IMG/VR virus record: IMGVR_UViG_3300008262_000001
From: a virus
Lineage: Duplodnaviria > Caudoviricetes
Reading direction: 5' to 3' (one strand)
DNA: 64,000 nucleotides
The position numbers and the translations under genes are program-made. The notes beneath the pieces were generated by a model. It was not told where the DNA came from. It searched no databases and saw only the letters and a list, made by a program, of their open reading frames with translations. Below are positions 28,272 to 37,975 of the stretch, piece by piece (position 1 is the first letter of the stretch; every line of letters begins with the position of its first letter).

Positions 28272-29027
28272 TTACACTGGTTCTGGTAGATTGTTATCGA
28301 AAGCGACATCAACCATTAAGTTGTAGGGGTTTAAGTCTTTAATGCTTACTGTTTCTTCCTTTGTAGAAGGGCAATAGAAAAGTATAGGATTAGATCTTTC
28401 AGCCCAAGTTGAAGCTGCTAAAAAAAAGCTTTCCTTATATGTTAATCCTCCTTGGTTTGTCCTATGTGAAGAGGTTCTAAATACTATAGGGATTTTCTTT
28501 TCAATATAAGTAACAGACAAAAGATCCTTAACTGAATATAGACTAGGTTTATCGTCATTTATAAGGCAAATTGCTTTCTGTGTTTTCCAAGGAAGTGTAT
28601 CAAAAAATTTACAGAAATCCTGCATACTTTTTCTTCTGTTACCCTTTGCCCCTCCTATATGACAAATCAAAGGAATATCGAATCTTCCTCCGTCAATCTC
28701 TTCGATCAAACTACCAATCTTAAGTATTTCTTGTTTAGCATTCTTTTTAGAATTTGGGTCAGTAGAGATTATATGATTTTTGGTTTTAAGATAGATTGCT
28801 ATTCTAATATCTAAGTCGTCCAGATAGTAAAACAGTCTCTCTTTTTCTGATTGACCTACCTCCAAGTCTGACTCAAGATCCTTTTCTGAAATTTCCACTA
28901 TAAACAGTTTGTATCCCAATGGCAGAGAATTTTTGATTTGATCACATATTCTTCTAATCAATGAGTTTTCTTTAACCAAACCTCCGTCGGGTAGTTTGAT
29001 TACAATCCCGTTTCTAATTTTTTCCAT
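28272..29027 (-). CDS. uvsE: UV damage endonuclease (UvsE/UVDE)-like protein with apparently degenerate active site
   Basis: CHIGGAKG, LINDD (ENDD expected), YSVKDL, IPIVF, AASTW; several metal ligands are substituted. Confidence 0.65.
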   Translation of the reverse strand: MEKIRNGIVIKLPDGGLVKENSLIRRICDQIKNSLPLGYKLFIVEISEKDLESDLEVGQSEKERLFYYLDDLDIRIAIYLKTKNHIISTDPNSKKNAKQEILKIGSLIEEIDGGRFDIPLICHIGGAKGNRRKSMQDFCKFFDTLPWKTQKAICLINDDKPSLYSVKDLLSVTYIEKKIPIVFRTSSHRTNQGGLTYKESFFLAASTWAERSNPILFYCPSTKEETVSIKDLNPYNLMVDVAFDNNLPEPV

Positions 29028-29059
29028 ATAAGTTTTATTACTTTAACTTTAGAAGTTTC

Positions 29060-29860
29060 TTACAAAGCATCAAAAGCTTCCAGGTCCATTTTTGGCCATG
29101 ACTCCAATTGGCTTATTGGTGATAGATTAGCCACCTTCACTCCTTTCTTTTCTAAGTTATCTCTTAACACACCAAATTCACCATCGATGTTTCTGATATG
29201 CTTAGAAAGCTTATGAGTTCCGCTTTTTGTAAAAAAATGATCATTGGTAAAATCAACACCAATCATACCTATTTTAGATGCTCCCAACTGGTAAGCTACA
29301 ATAGCAGCCATATATGGAGAGTTCATTGTGTGATCAACAAATTCGAACTGGTCTAATCTTGCTTGGTTCCTTTCTCCGACTTTTAATTTTGCTAAGTTTC
29401 CAGATCTTGTTATAGGCCCAGGATTATCTAGATGTGAAAATATTACAGGGCTTAAAGAATCTCGAACAAAATCCCATCTTCCTCTCATAAATGTTCTGAA
29501 ATCATTTACAACAACTAAAAAATCTGGTGTAAGTATTCTTTCGATATCATTCACCCCTACTATGTAGTATTTACTTAGATCTGTGAAGTAGTTAACTGAA
29601 GATCCACATCCAACTATAATAAAAGTTTTATCTTTGTATTTTCCAATGTAATCTGGATAAAGATTCTTTCCGTGATATTCGCTTTTTATCGTAGTTGTAA
29701 TTCTTGATACTGGTAATTCCATACCTGGTTCGCTATTATTAACCCTGAAATTTCGGGTTAAATTTGGTTTGGTTTCTGATTTTATATCTTGTCCAAAATT
29801 TGGATTCTTAATTCTTTCTCTACTAACTCTAAGAAGACTTCTTTTTCTTTCTATCGACAT
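29060..29860 (-). CDS. DUF115/MAF/MptE-like Rossmann-type protein, possible sugar transferase
   Basis: FIIVGCGSSV, IVGVND, AYQLGASKIGMIGVDF. Confidence 0.55.
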   Translation of the reverse strand: MSIERKRSLLRVSRERIKNPNFGQDIKSETKPNLTRNFRVNNSEPGMELPVSRITTTIKSEYHGKNLYPDYIGKYKDKTFIIVGCGSSVNYFTDLSKYYIVGVNDIERILTPDFLVVVNDFRTFMRGRWDFVRDSLSPVIFSHLDNPGPITRSGNLAKLKVGERNQARLDQFEFVDHTMNSPYMAAIVAYQLGASKIGMIGVDFTNDHFFTKSGTHKLSKHIRNIDGEFGVLRDNLEKKGVKVANLSPISQLESWPKMDLEAFDAL

Positions 29861-30741
29861 TAGGATATAAAAGTATTAATTATAGATTGTGCTTGTTGTA
29901 AATCTCTGTCTCGGCACTGGCCATATGATTCACCTGCCAAAGAATGAAAATGTTGAACAAGAATTTTCTTAGCTTCTAGTTCATTCTTCATTTCTAAAAA
30001 TATAACGCCCAAAAGACATTTAATTTGATCGTTTATATCACTTAAATCTTTGTGATGTTTCATAAAGCAATAAGCTTCAGCTGCCTTCAAAGTATCTTTT
30101 AGTGTTACAGGATTTAGTTTAGAGTCGCAATAAATTTCGTGCGTGTTTGGATTGCAAGTTACCCCAGCAAATATCCTTTCGCCAGGTACAGGATTTTGTG
30201 ACAAAATAATCCTCCATCCCGTTCCAAAAGGACCTTCTATATGATCTGGATTATCAATAGGTATCAAAAGATCTTTATCTGATTCACCTTCCAATGAACC
30301 CCACACAACGTTACCTCCGTCATATTTGAGATTTTGTTGCATCTTTTCTCTGGAGCTAATAGCTACACCCATTAAGTTTTTAGTGTTCCCTCTGTCCTCT
30401 GTAAACTCTATTGATCCTGGAATTAGTGAGTAAATTTTTTTGTCTCTCAATCCTTGGATTTTGATCCTGTACGATTTACCATCCTGTTGTTTGAAAGTCT
30501 CTATAACCTCACCAGTAATTTTCTTACTTTTTCCTTCCACTTTTCCTTTTACCAAATCACCAACTTGAAACACAGAATCTTTAACTAATATACTTGGATC
30601 TGGGTCTCTCCCAACCGATATTGAAAGATCCTGAAATGGTTTGTAGTCAACTTTAAAAACTCCATTTGAGCTGTTAAAGCCATCTCCACTTATAGTCTGT
30701 GAAAAATATTCATTTAGAGATTTGATTTTGGTAGTCTTCAT
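29860..30741 (-). CDS. hypothetical protein with an SH3/KOW-like region
   Basis: 293 aa; starts MKTTKIKSLNEYF; FQVGDLVKGK. Confidence 0.6.
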   Translation of the reverse strand: MKTTKIKSLNEYFSQTISGDGFNSSNGVFKVDYKPFQDLSISVGRDPDPSILVKDSVFQVGDLVKGKVEGKSKKITGEVIETFKQQDGKSYRIKIQGLRDKKIYSLIPGSIEFTEDRGNTKNLMGVAISSREKMQQNLKYDGGNVVWGSLEGESDKDLLIPIDNPDHIEGPFGTGWRIILSQNPVPGERIFAGVTCNPNTHEIYCDSKLNPVTLKDTLKAAEAYCFMKHHKDLSDINDQIKCLLGVIFLEMKNELEAKKILVQHFHSLAGESYGQCRDRDLQQAQSIINTFIS

Positions 30742-31280
30742 TTCTGTTTTTTGTAAATTTCAATTAGATCTCTAATCTTTGATGCTAACTCGTAATTTTC
30801 GTCTTTTAGAGCTTTTTCTAATTGCTTGTTGAGATCTACTGTTTCAGGATTGTCTTCCAATTCATCTTCGTCCACGACAACTTCTTTTGATATTACAACC
30901 ATTGGTGAAAAATGAATTTCTAAAACGGATTCTAAAATAGGGAAAAAACTTGTTCCACCTCCTGGTATTTCGTTACCGTCGTCGTCCATTTCTGGAATTT
31001 CCATTTCCCACTCTCCATTAACCCAAACCACATTCCAAGGACCGTACATGAATTGGCTCATATCGTTTTCCACTATGTGGTTAATTAAATTATTGATTTC
31101 ATCTTTAATGTGATCTGTTGTCAATTTAGTTCCTTTCGGCAGCTTTTTGACCCCAGGTATTTGAGTTGTTTCAGCACCAACTGTTCTCCCCACCATTTTA
31201 TAAAATTTGTGGATCAATGACCAGTCGATCGTGTCTAAAACCCTGTTAATCAACAGTTTATTTTTTTCCGATATCACCAT
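30738..31280 (-). CDS. hypothetical protein with a C-terminal UVR (UvrB/C) motif
   Basis: C-terminal LNKQLEKALKDENYELASKIRDLI. Confidence 0.65.
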   Translation of the reverse strand: MVISEKNKLLINRVLDTIDWSLIHKFYKMVGRTVGAETTQIPGVKKLPKGTKLTTDHIKDEINNLINHIVENDMSQFMYGPWNVVWVNGEWEMEIPEMDDDGNEIPGGGTSFFPILESVLEIHFSPMVVISKEVVVDEDELEDNPETVDLNKQLEKALKDENYELASKIRDLIEIYKKQK

Positions 31281-31288
31281 TCTCCTTT

Positions 31289-34200
31289 TTAATTTATAGC
31301 AGGAACTGTCTGAAGTGTTCCGGCGTTGTCTACATAAATCAGGGTTGGACTTGCCCCAGTAGTTCCCATAATTTGTTTCGCGTAAGTCGAAGTATCGTAT
31401 ATAAAAGTTGCAGAAGCAAAATTGCTATTGCTTACAAAGTGAGATTTTAAATACAAAGCAGTTTTAGATACTAGTGGAACTCCTATTTTTGAATTTGATA
31501 CCCAATTCAACTCGGAGTCTTGAATTTTACAAAGGAAAGAAGATCCTGCCGCAGTTTTAATTGTAGAGTTTCTAATAATATCATCTCCTCCACTTCCGTA
31601 GTTTTTAAACACGCATTGATTAATTTCGCTTAAATAACCTGTGTCAATATTACCTTCAACTGCAATCGAGGTACAATCTTCTAGAACAACTGAGTTAAAT
31701 GAATCATAAGGATTTATTACACTTCCACTTACTCGCTTTAAAGTTATGTTATTTATGTAAAGTTGCGAACCAATATCTTCAACTTCACTGAAAACTATCG
31801 TATTACAATCTTCTAATTTAATATTATATGTGAAATTTGTAGGGCTATTATAAGTATTTCTTAAGTTTAAAGTATTTCCTTGCGATCCGCCATCGAACGA
31901 AATGTCAGAAATATTCATTCGTGCTAGCTCACCTATGATTATATTATTTGGTATGTATGATTCCTCATATGTCGTGGAAGTGAAAGGATTATTAAAATCT
32001 GTCGTGGTTCTCTTTTTTCCGAAAGAAATATTTCTAATAGAAGCAAAATCTGCAGGATCTATAGCAAGGAAATCTCTGAATCCTGATCCTCTATTCAGAG
32101 CAAAACTAGGAGTTCCGAACCCTAATATTACTGTGTAATTAATATCTTGAGTGAAAAAATAAAGGCTAAATCCATCGACAAGTTTAACCCATTTGTTATT
32201 CTCTTCTGGATTAATCCCGGATCCATCGGATTCTAAGCATCCAAACCACCCACCATTTCCTGCTCCTGCAGAAACCCTAACTACGTCACCTGCTGCGTAG
32301 GTAGTTGGAGGGGAAACTGAATCCCAAACAGGATAAGAAGTACTAGCTGGCCACCTTCTGAACTTAAAAGCCCTCCAATCGAAATAGCCTTCGATATTTC
32401 TGTTTGTATCTTTTCTATAAGTTATAGCTCCTCTAAATCCAGATACAATTGTAGAAGGTGAAGTAGAAGTAGTAAAAGCTTCATCTCCATAAAAGTTGCT
32501 TGGATCAGGATCCCAATAAATGATATCCTCAGGGTAATCCTCTGAAATCACTCTTTGGTCTATAGTTGTAGCTGATGTCGCAAGTACATAAATTTCTTCT
32601 GTCGAGCCAGTATTTGTGGCTGTACCTGCGGTTTCAAGGATATAATGGACTGTTCTAAAATCGTTTATTCTATACAGAGTTCCTGGAGTCATTGTGCCTC
32701 CTGAAAAGAGAGCATAAAATGCTGAATAAGTAAGAGATGTTACAGAAACAGTACCAGTGGCTCCAGTAGATCCAGTTGCTCCAGCTGTTCCCGTTGGTCC
32801 AGTAACACCTGTTCCAGTTGGTCCAGTAGCACCAGCTGTTCCAGTAGGTCCAGTAGCTCCTGCTGATCCTGTGGGACCAGTTACACCTGTTCCTGTTGGT
32901 CCAGTAGGTCCAACTGGACCTCCAGAAGGACCGGTAGCACCAGCTGTTCCAGTAGGTCCAGTAGGTCCCATTTGTCCTTGAAGGGCAAGTACTGATATAC
33001 CTGTGTCGCCCAGTGTTATATTAACAGTTCCAACCCCACCTGCATCATATTCAACTTTAACCCAATACTGATCCCCGGCTACTGCATCTATAATCCCTGT
33101 TACCACCACGGTTTCAAAAGGGGATTCAGAACCAGATGATACATCTTCAATAGTTTTGAAAGCCTTCAGGTTAGCAACTTCAACAGGAGAAGAAGTTGAC
33201 GACATGAGTTTTGTGGTTATCAAAGAAGATGCTGAGGCAGTAACATTGTCTAATCCTATTTTATAGCTAACAAAGTATTTTCCAGATACCAAAGTTTCGA
33301 AATAAGTTCCAGTTATTCCGGAAGGAACATAATTACCTACTGCAAAATATGATGAATCAATAAGATTAGTTGTATCAAATCTAGCTGGAATGTTACCTCC
33401 TGTACTTAATGATTGTGCATTAGCCACATTAGAAAGATCTAAATATGGCATAGTTCCAGGTGAACCTGCAGGGCCGGTTGCTCCTGTTACACCATCAGCC
33501 CCAGTTGGACCAGTAACTCCTGTGACACCAGCGGCTCCTGTTGGTCCAGTTGCACCAGTGGATCCATTTGTTCCAGTAGCACCGGTAGTGCCGGTAGCTC
33601 CTGTAGTTCCAGTAGCTCCTTTAATGTTGGTAACTAAACTCCAAACTGAAGAAGCTTTCGTGTAAACGTTATCAGTATCTAGATCTAAATACGTATCACC
33701 ATTACTTCCCAGTGAAGGCAAAGGAACTCCAGACCCAGTTCTAAAACTTTGACCAGATGCTCCAGTTGATCCTGCACTACCTGTAGATCCAGTTGGTCCA
33801 GTTACACCAGTTGCACCGGTAACTCCAGCACCAGTAGCACCAACTGATCCAGTTGGTCCAGTGGCACCTGTAGCACCATTATTTCCTGCACTTCCTTTTG
33901 CTCCCTGAGGTCCTGTTGCTCCAGTTGGGCCAGTTAATCCAGTTGGACCAGTAGCTCCATCAGTTCCTGTAGGACCAGTAGCTCCAGATCCTGTTGGACC
34001 TGTGGTTCCAGTTGGACCCGTTAAACCTATTGATCCTGTAGGTCCAGTTGGACCTTGAACACCTGTTGCTCCAGTTGGTCCTCCAGCAGCTCCAGTTGGA
34101 CCAGTTGGACCATTTCCCCCTGTTGCAGTTATCAAACTAACCCATTGGTCAATACCATCTGCACCGCCTGACATAGATCCACCAGTGACATTGGTTGGAA

Positions 34201-34918
34201 TTGCTCCTGCAAAAGTTATAGCATCACCGTTTGAGCTTGATCCTAATCCTGGGAGTGCTACAATTGTTACTGTGTTTGTGTTAGATTCTGCTAAGCAAGG
34301 ACCAGTTGTGTTGCTGGCTATCGCCAGAACAAGCTGCTGTGCTGTTATAGTGTTAGTAGTATTCCAACTGGTTGTACCTGCAGTTACTCCGTTATATAAA
34401 ACAGAAATGCTTTGTCCTGTGGTACCTGTAGATCCAATTGTAAATGAAAAAGTAGATCTTACTTCACCTACCTCAAAATAAGCTTCGTAATCATTACCAG
34501 TAAATCTGATTTGTCCAGCTACTCCTGGTAATATTGTATCGTCCGTATACGTTCTGTCAAGAACAAGTCTTAATCTTCCACCTTTGTTGGCATTACCTAC
34601 TATAACATTACCACCTGCATAAATGTCATTAACAGTGTTTAATCCACTAGAAAGAATATCACCATTTGCTCCGTTTAATTGAATCGAACTTGTTCCTTCT
34701 ATAGGAAGCCTAATCAAGTTGGATTTCAAACTCCCAACGTTTAATTTACCTGTAGGAAAGTTAAGAGATTTATCCTGGATTGATATTCCAAATGCTCTGT
34801 TAAGAAGAGTAAAACCTTCTTGCAGTTGTGCAAAATTAGCATTGGTGATCTGATTGTTTGCTCCAATTGTGTTGGAGGCAAGTAATTGCTTTATTGATAT
34901 CTGACTAAGCTCCTGCAT
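31289..34918 (-). CDS. collagen-like fibre protein with G-X-T repeats, a C1q/TNF-like module and a C-terminal receptor-binding-like region
   Basis: 1209 aa; two long GPT/GAT blocks flanking [11 protein letters not shown]...[11 protein letters not shown]; late promoter upstream. Confidence 0.75.
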   Translation of the reverse strand: MQELSQISIKQLLASNTIGANNQITNANFAQLQEGFTLLNRAFGISIQDKSLNFPTGKLNVGSLKSNLIRLPIEGTSSIQLNGANGDILSSGLNTVNDIYAGGNVIVGNANKGGRLRLVLDRTYTDDTILPGVAGQIRFTGNDYEAYFEVGEVRSTFSFTIGSTGTTGQSISVLYNGVTAGTTSWNTTNTITAQQLVLAIASNTTGPCLAESNTNTVTIVALPGLGSSSNGDAITFAGAIPTNVTGGSMSGGADGIDQWVSLITATGGNGPTGPTGAAGGPTGATGVQGPTGPTGSIGLTGPTGTTGPTGSGATGPTGTDGATGPTGLTGPTGATGPQGAKGSAGNNGATGATGPTGSVGATGAGVTGATGVTGPTGSTGSAGSTGASGQSFRTGSGVPLPSLGSNGDTYLDLDTDNVYTKASSVWSLVTNIKGATGTTGATGTTGATGTNGSTGATGPTGAAGVTGVTGPTGADGVTGATGPAGSPGTMPYLDLSNVANAQSLSTGGNIPARFDTTNLIDSSYFAVGNYVPSGITGTYFETLVSGKYFVSYKIGLDNVTASASSLITTKLMSSTSSPVEVANLKAFKTIEDVSSGSESPFETVVVTGIIDAVAGDQYWVKVEYDAGGVGTVNITLGDTGISVLALQGQMGPTGPTGTAGATGPSGGPVGPTGPTGTGVTGPTGSAGATGPTGTAGATGPTGTGVTGPTGTAGATGSTGATGTVSVTSLTYSAFYALFSGGTMTPGTLYRINDFRTVHYILETAGTATNTGSTEEIYVLATSATTIDQRVISEDYPEDIIYWDPDPSNFYGDEAFTTSTSPSTIVSGFRGAITYRKDTNRNIEGYFDWRAFKFRRWPASTSYPVWDSVSPPTTYAAGDVVRVSAGAGNGGWFGCLESDGSGINPEENNKWVKLVDGFSLYFFTQDINYTVILGFGTPSFALNRGSGFRDFLAIDPADFASIRNISFGKKRTTTDFNNPFTSTTYEESYIPNNIIIGELARMNISDISFDGGSQGNTLNLRNTYNSPTNFTYNIKLEDCNTIVFSEVEDIGSQLYINNITLKRVSGSVINPYDSFNSVVLEDCTSIAVEGNIDTGYLSEINQCVFKNYGSGGDDIIRNSTIKTAAGSSFLCKIQDSELNWVSNSKIGVPLVSKTALYLKSHFVSNSNFASATFIYDTSTYAKQIMGTTGASPTLIYVDNAGTLQTVPAIN
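32750..32985 (-). repeat. collagen-like Gly-X-Thr repeat block 2
   Basis: [23 protein letters not shown]... in the translation. Confidence 0.9.
33460..34115 (-). repeat. collagen-like Gly-X-Thr repeat block 1, with one interruption
   Basis: [17 protein letters not shown]... interrupted by FRTGSGVP...GDTYLD...YTK...W. Confidence 0.9.
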
Positions 34919-34936
34919 TCCGGAAGTATTTTGCTT

Positions 34937-34944
34937 TATATATC
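34937..34944 (-). promoter_or_regulatory. putative late promoter GATATATA
   Basis: 18 nt upstream of the fibre ATG at 34918. Confidence 0.6.
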
Positions 34945-34963
34945 CGGATAAGAAAAGTCAATC

Positions 34964-35365
34964 TTAACTCAAAAGTGATTCAATTTCTTTGTAGTAAGAT
35001 TTGAATTTAGTAGGAAAGAAATCGATCATTTCTTGAATTTCTCTGTCAGAGATTTGGTGCTTGTTTTTTATGAACTCTAAAATCTCTTCTTTGTATTTCA
35101 GGTTTTCTTTTTCCTTCTCCCCCTTAAGAGTTTTTGTCCAAATCCACTGCGGGGTCTTTTTGTTCTGATGAGAAACAAAAACCTTCCAAAAATCCACAGC
35201 TTTTTCTGGTTGGATTTTTATATGGTTGAAAGAATTAGCCTGTAAAGGGAAAGCGATAGAGCAAAGTCTATTAATCATGAAGAAATTTCTGGATTTGTCT
35301 CTATCCTTTATTTTTTCCCAATCCTTTGTGTGGAAAGCCTTTATTAAATCGAAAGGATTATTCAT
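34964..35365 (-). CDS. gp62: clamp loader small subunit (T4 gp62-like)
   Basis: PFDLI, FMINR...ANSFN and a PQWIW pattern, close to the gp44-like gene. Confidence 0.55.
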   Translation of the reverse strand: MNNPFDLIKAFHTKDWEKIKDRDKSRNFFMINRLCSIAFPLQANSFNHIKIQPEKAVDFWKVFVSHQNKKTPQWIWTKTLKGEKEKENLKYKEEILEFIKNKHQISDREIQEMIDFFPTKFKSYYKEIESLLS

Positions 35366-36495
35366 TAGTCAAAAAGTGAAAATGGATCAAATTGTTTTGG
35401 AGGGCTTGTGTCTTTAGCCCATGGAGATTTCTCTATCATGATTTTTTTATCAACCAGTGGAGCCACTCTTTCAGATTTGGAAAGAGAAATAACATGGTTC
35501 TTGAGATTTTCAACCATATCTTCAGGAATAGCTTTGTGATTTAACCAAACTAACCTTCCGTTTTCTTCGTAATACTGCTTGAATTTCTCTCTATTCTCAC
35601 TGTTGTCTGTTTGTCCTATCAATCTTAAAGAAAGTCCAGCTAACCATGATAAAAACTCATCGTTTTCCCATAAATCCTCCATTGAAAATTTCTCCCAAGG
35701 TGATTGTACATACAAATCCCATATCTTTTGAGCTTTTCCTTCGGCAATATTAGAGGTTTTACCATTCTTAGTTAGATAAGGAAAAACTCCAGGAACATCG
35801 TCCTTTTTATCCCCCATCAAGATTTTTTTGAACACAAATTCTTTGATCTCGATTTTTTCAATAGTGCAGGAGGATATAAGATTCTGTAGTTTATGGTTGT
35901 TCGATCCTGAAATCGGAGTAACATCAAAAATTGTAGTTTCCTGTTCGTCTTCAATCTTCCAATTATCTGACACAATGAACCTATTGTTCTTTGAATTGCT
36001 ATTCCAAATGCAAGTCCAAGTTTTACCGTTGGAACGTACTAGCTGGTGCATATCTTTGTCTCCACTTAAAATGATAACTTGGTCATCTGAATCCTTTAGA
36101 TGTTCACACCAAGCCCATATTAAGTCGTCTCCTTCTGCTCCACCACAAGTGCTATAAATAAATCCATTCTCCGAAAGGTATTCTCCAAACTCTTCCAAGA
36201 GCTTAAAGAAAGATCCCCAATCAACACCTTCTCCTTTTACCCTGCTTTCCTTATAAACGCTTCGGGTAATCTTATAGTCTTTTCTCCAAGATCTTGAATC
36301 CTTACAAAATATAACTCTATTGAGATCTGGAATCTGATTCAGGGAATAGCACATATCAGTTATGACCTTCCTAAGAAACATGTTTCTTTCTGTTTCTGAA
36401 GATAAAACATCACCTGGGCTTTTACTACCAAAACCAGAAAATATACCAAAGGTTTTATGTAGCAAATAGTTGCCGTCCAAAATAACTGTAACCAT
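35365..36495 (-). CDS. rnh: 5'-3' exonuclease / T4 RNase H-like flap nuclease
   Basis: ILDGN, DSRSWRK, EGDDLI, ILSGDKDMHQL, KILMGDKKDDVPGV. Confidence 0.9.
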   Translation of the reverse strand: MVTVILDGNYLLHKTFGIFSGFGSKSPGDVLSSETERNMFLRKVITDMCYSLNQIPDLNRVIFCKDSRSWRKDYKITRSVYKESRVKGEGVDWGSFFKLLEEFGEYLSENGFIYSTCGGAEGDDLIWAWCEHLKDSDDQVIILSGDKDMHQLVRSNGKTWTCIWNSNSKNNRFIVSDNWKIEDEQETTIFDVTPISGSNNHKLQNLISSCTIEKIEIKEFVFKKILMGDKKDDVPGVFPYLTKNGKTSNIAEGKAQKIWDLYVQSPWEKFSMEDLWENDEFLSWLAGLSLRLIGQTDNSENREKFKQYYEENGRLVWLNHKAIPEDMVENLKNHVISLSKSERVAPLVDKKIMIEKSPWAKDTSPPKQFDPFSLFD

Positions 36496-36962
36496 TAAAA
36501 AATATTTTTTATCACCATATCATAGTCAGAAAATTCGAAAAAATCCTCATTATCAGCTATGATCCTTCTTTCTGTGGAATCCGCGTCATTTCTTTGATTG
36601 ATCCTTTCCTTCCTAAGGGCAAGATCTGGATTTAGAAAAATAACCATGCTTCTATTTCTATCTTCTTGACTAAGACATTTTAGTCCGGATGGACTTAAAA
36701 TAAAAAGATCTTTGACTTCAAATTCACCTTTGGAAATGCCATAGTACCATCCATTAAAAACTTGTAGCTCTAAAAAGATGTCATGGTTAGCTTTGAAAAA
36801 GTCTTCATCTCTAAAAAAATAATCCACACCTTCTACTTCTCCTTGTCTTGGCGGTCTTGAAGTGAATGAAACACCATAGGTGAATCCCTTATCTGTAAAT
36901 TTTTTTCTGAGAAAATCTTTTCCAGATCCTCCAGGTCCAACTATTATAATTTTTGCTGACAT
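36495..36962 (-). CDS. gmk: guanylate kinase
   Basis: GPGGSGKD, SFTSRPPRQGEVEGVDYFF, FNGWYYG. Confidence 0.88.
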   Translation of the reverse strand: MSAKIIIVGPGGSGKDFLRKKFTDKGFTYGVSFTSRPPRQGEVEGVDYFFRDEDFFKANHDIFLELQVFNGWYYGISKGEFEVKDLFILSPSGLKCLSQEDRNRSMVIFLNPDLALRKERINQRNDADSTERRIIADNEDFFEFSDYDMVIKNIF

Positions 36963-37024
36963 GATTTGGTTTTGTGTAGTATACTATGCGTTGATCAAGG
37001 GTTTTGACTACAATGAGTAGTTTT

Positions 37025-37975
37025 CTATGCTTTATTTGCCATTTGTTGTAAAGTAAATATTAAGGCAAGCAAACTAACTACGGGATCAATAACAAGGTTC
37101 CTTTCAGCTTGGTATTTAGCAACTGTTATTATTATACCAGGAATCAAACCTGAGTTTTGTGGTTTTTTCTCTTGAATCCATCTTATAAAATCAGAGCTTA
37201 AAGATGTCATAACATCATCTGTTTTTGAAGAGTACTGCCCAACGATGTACTGGTAATTTTTTACAGGATCTGGTTTAGAAAAAATGAGCTCAAATACTTC
37301 TTCGTGGTCCCACAAAACCTCATTTATCTTTGATTCAGTTAGATCTTTAATCCCATCAATACTCCATCTTTGAATTGTGTTAAGTGCAGACCTCATGTCT
37401 GGAAAATACTTCTTCGTAAAAAGATCTAAATTCTTATCATCGTGCTCAATTTGAATTGCTGAAAGTATTTTGCTAACCCTTGACTTCCATTGATCTTGGA
37501 TTTCAACCTCTTCTTCTTTATTAATCGGATCAAAATCATAGAGTTCAAATCTTGATCTGATTGCTTCCGGAATTTTGTTTAGGTAGTTACAGGTGGCAAC
37601 GAATCTTGTACCTTTTGCATATTTTTCAATGGTTCCCCTTAAAGCCTTATAAAATTGTTCAGATGCACCATCAAACTCATCCAGGATTACAATCTTAGTC
37701 ATGTTCTCCCCGTCCATGATTGAGACAGTAGAACAGAAATCGTGAATTTTAGTTCTAATAGTCTCAACTGAACTTTCGTCAGAAACATTAATAAAAATGT
37801 GAGGATGGTTTTTCATCAGGATTTTTGCCATGCTGGTTTTTCCTGACCCTGGAGATCCCGATAAAAGCACATTTTGTTGTAAACCTCCTTCGAATGAATT
37901 CTTGATTCTATCCGGAAGGATCATGTGCTTTAATTCCTTCGGTCTGAGTTTCTCAGTTAATAATTCTTGTATCAT
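37025..37975 (-). CDS. gp44: clamp loader large subunit (T4 gp44/RFC AAA+)
   Basis: EKLRP, SGSPGSGKTS, ILDEFD, LRGTIE, CNY, IRSR, PDMRSALN. Confidence 0.92.
   Translation of the reverse strand: MIQELLTEKLRPKELKHMILPDRIKNSFEGGLQQNVLLSGSPGSGKTSMAKILMKNHPHIFINVSDESSVETIRTKIHDFCSTVSIMDGENMTKIVILDEFDGASEQFYKALRGTIEKYAKGTRFVATCNYLNKIPEAIRSRFELYDFDPINKEEEVEIQDQWKSRVSKILSAIQIEHDDKNLDLFTKKYFPDMRSALNTIQRWSIDGIKDLTESKINEVLWDHEEVFELIFSKPDPVKNYQYIVGQYSSKTDDVMTSLSSDFIRWIQEKKPQNSGLIPGIIITVAKYQAERNLVIDPVVSLLALIFTLQQMANKA

Noticed and set aside
31289-32750. Fibre C-terminus as a diversity-generating retroelement target
   Set aside because: No reverse transcriptase or template-repeat copy is visible in this window.
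32757-34481. Plus-strand Pro/Val/Ala-rich ORFs
   Set aside because: They are antisense shadows of the collagen repeats; the same applies to 23519..23896 and 23942..24133.
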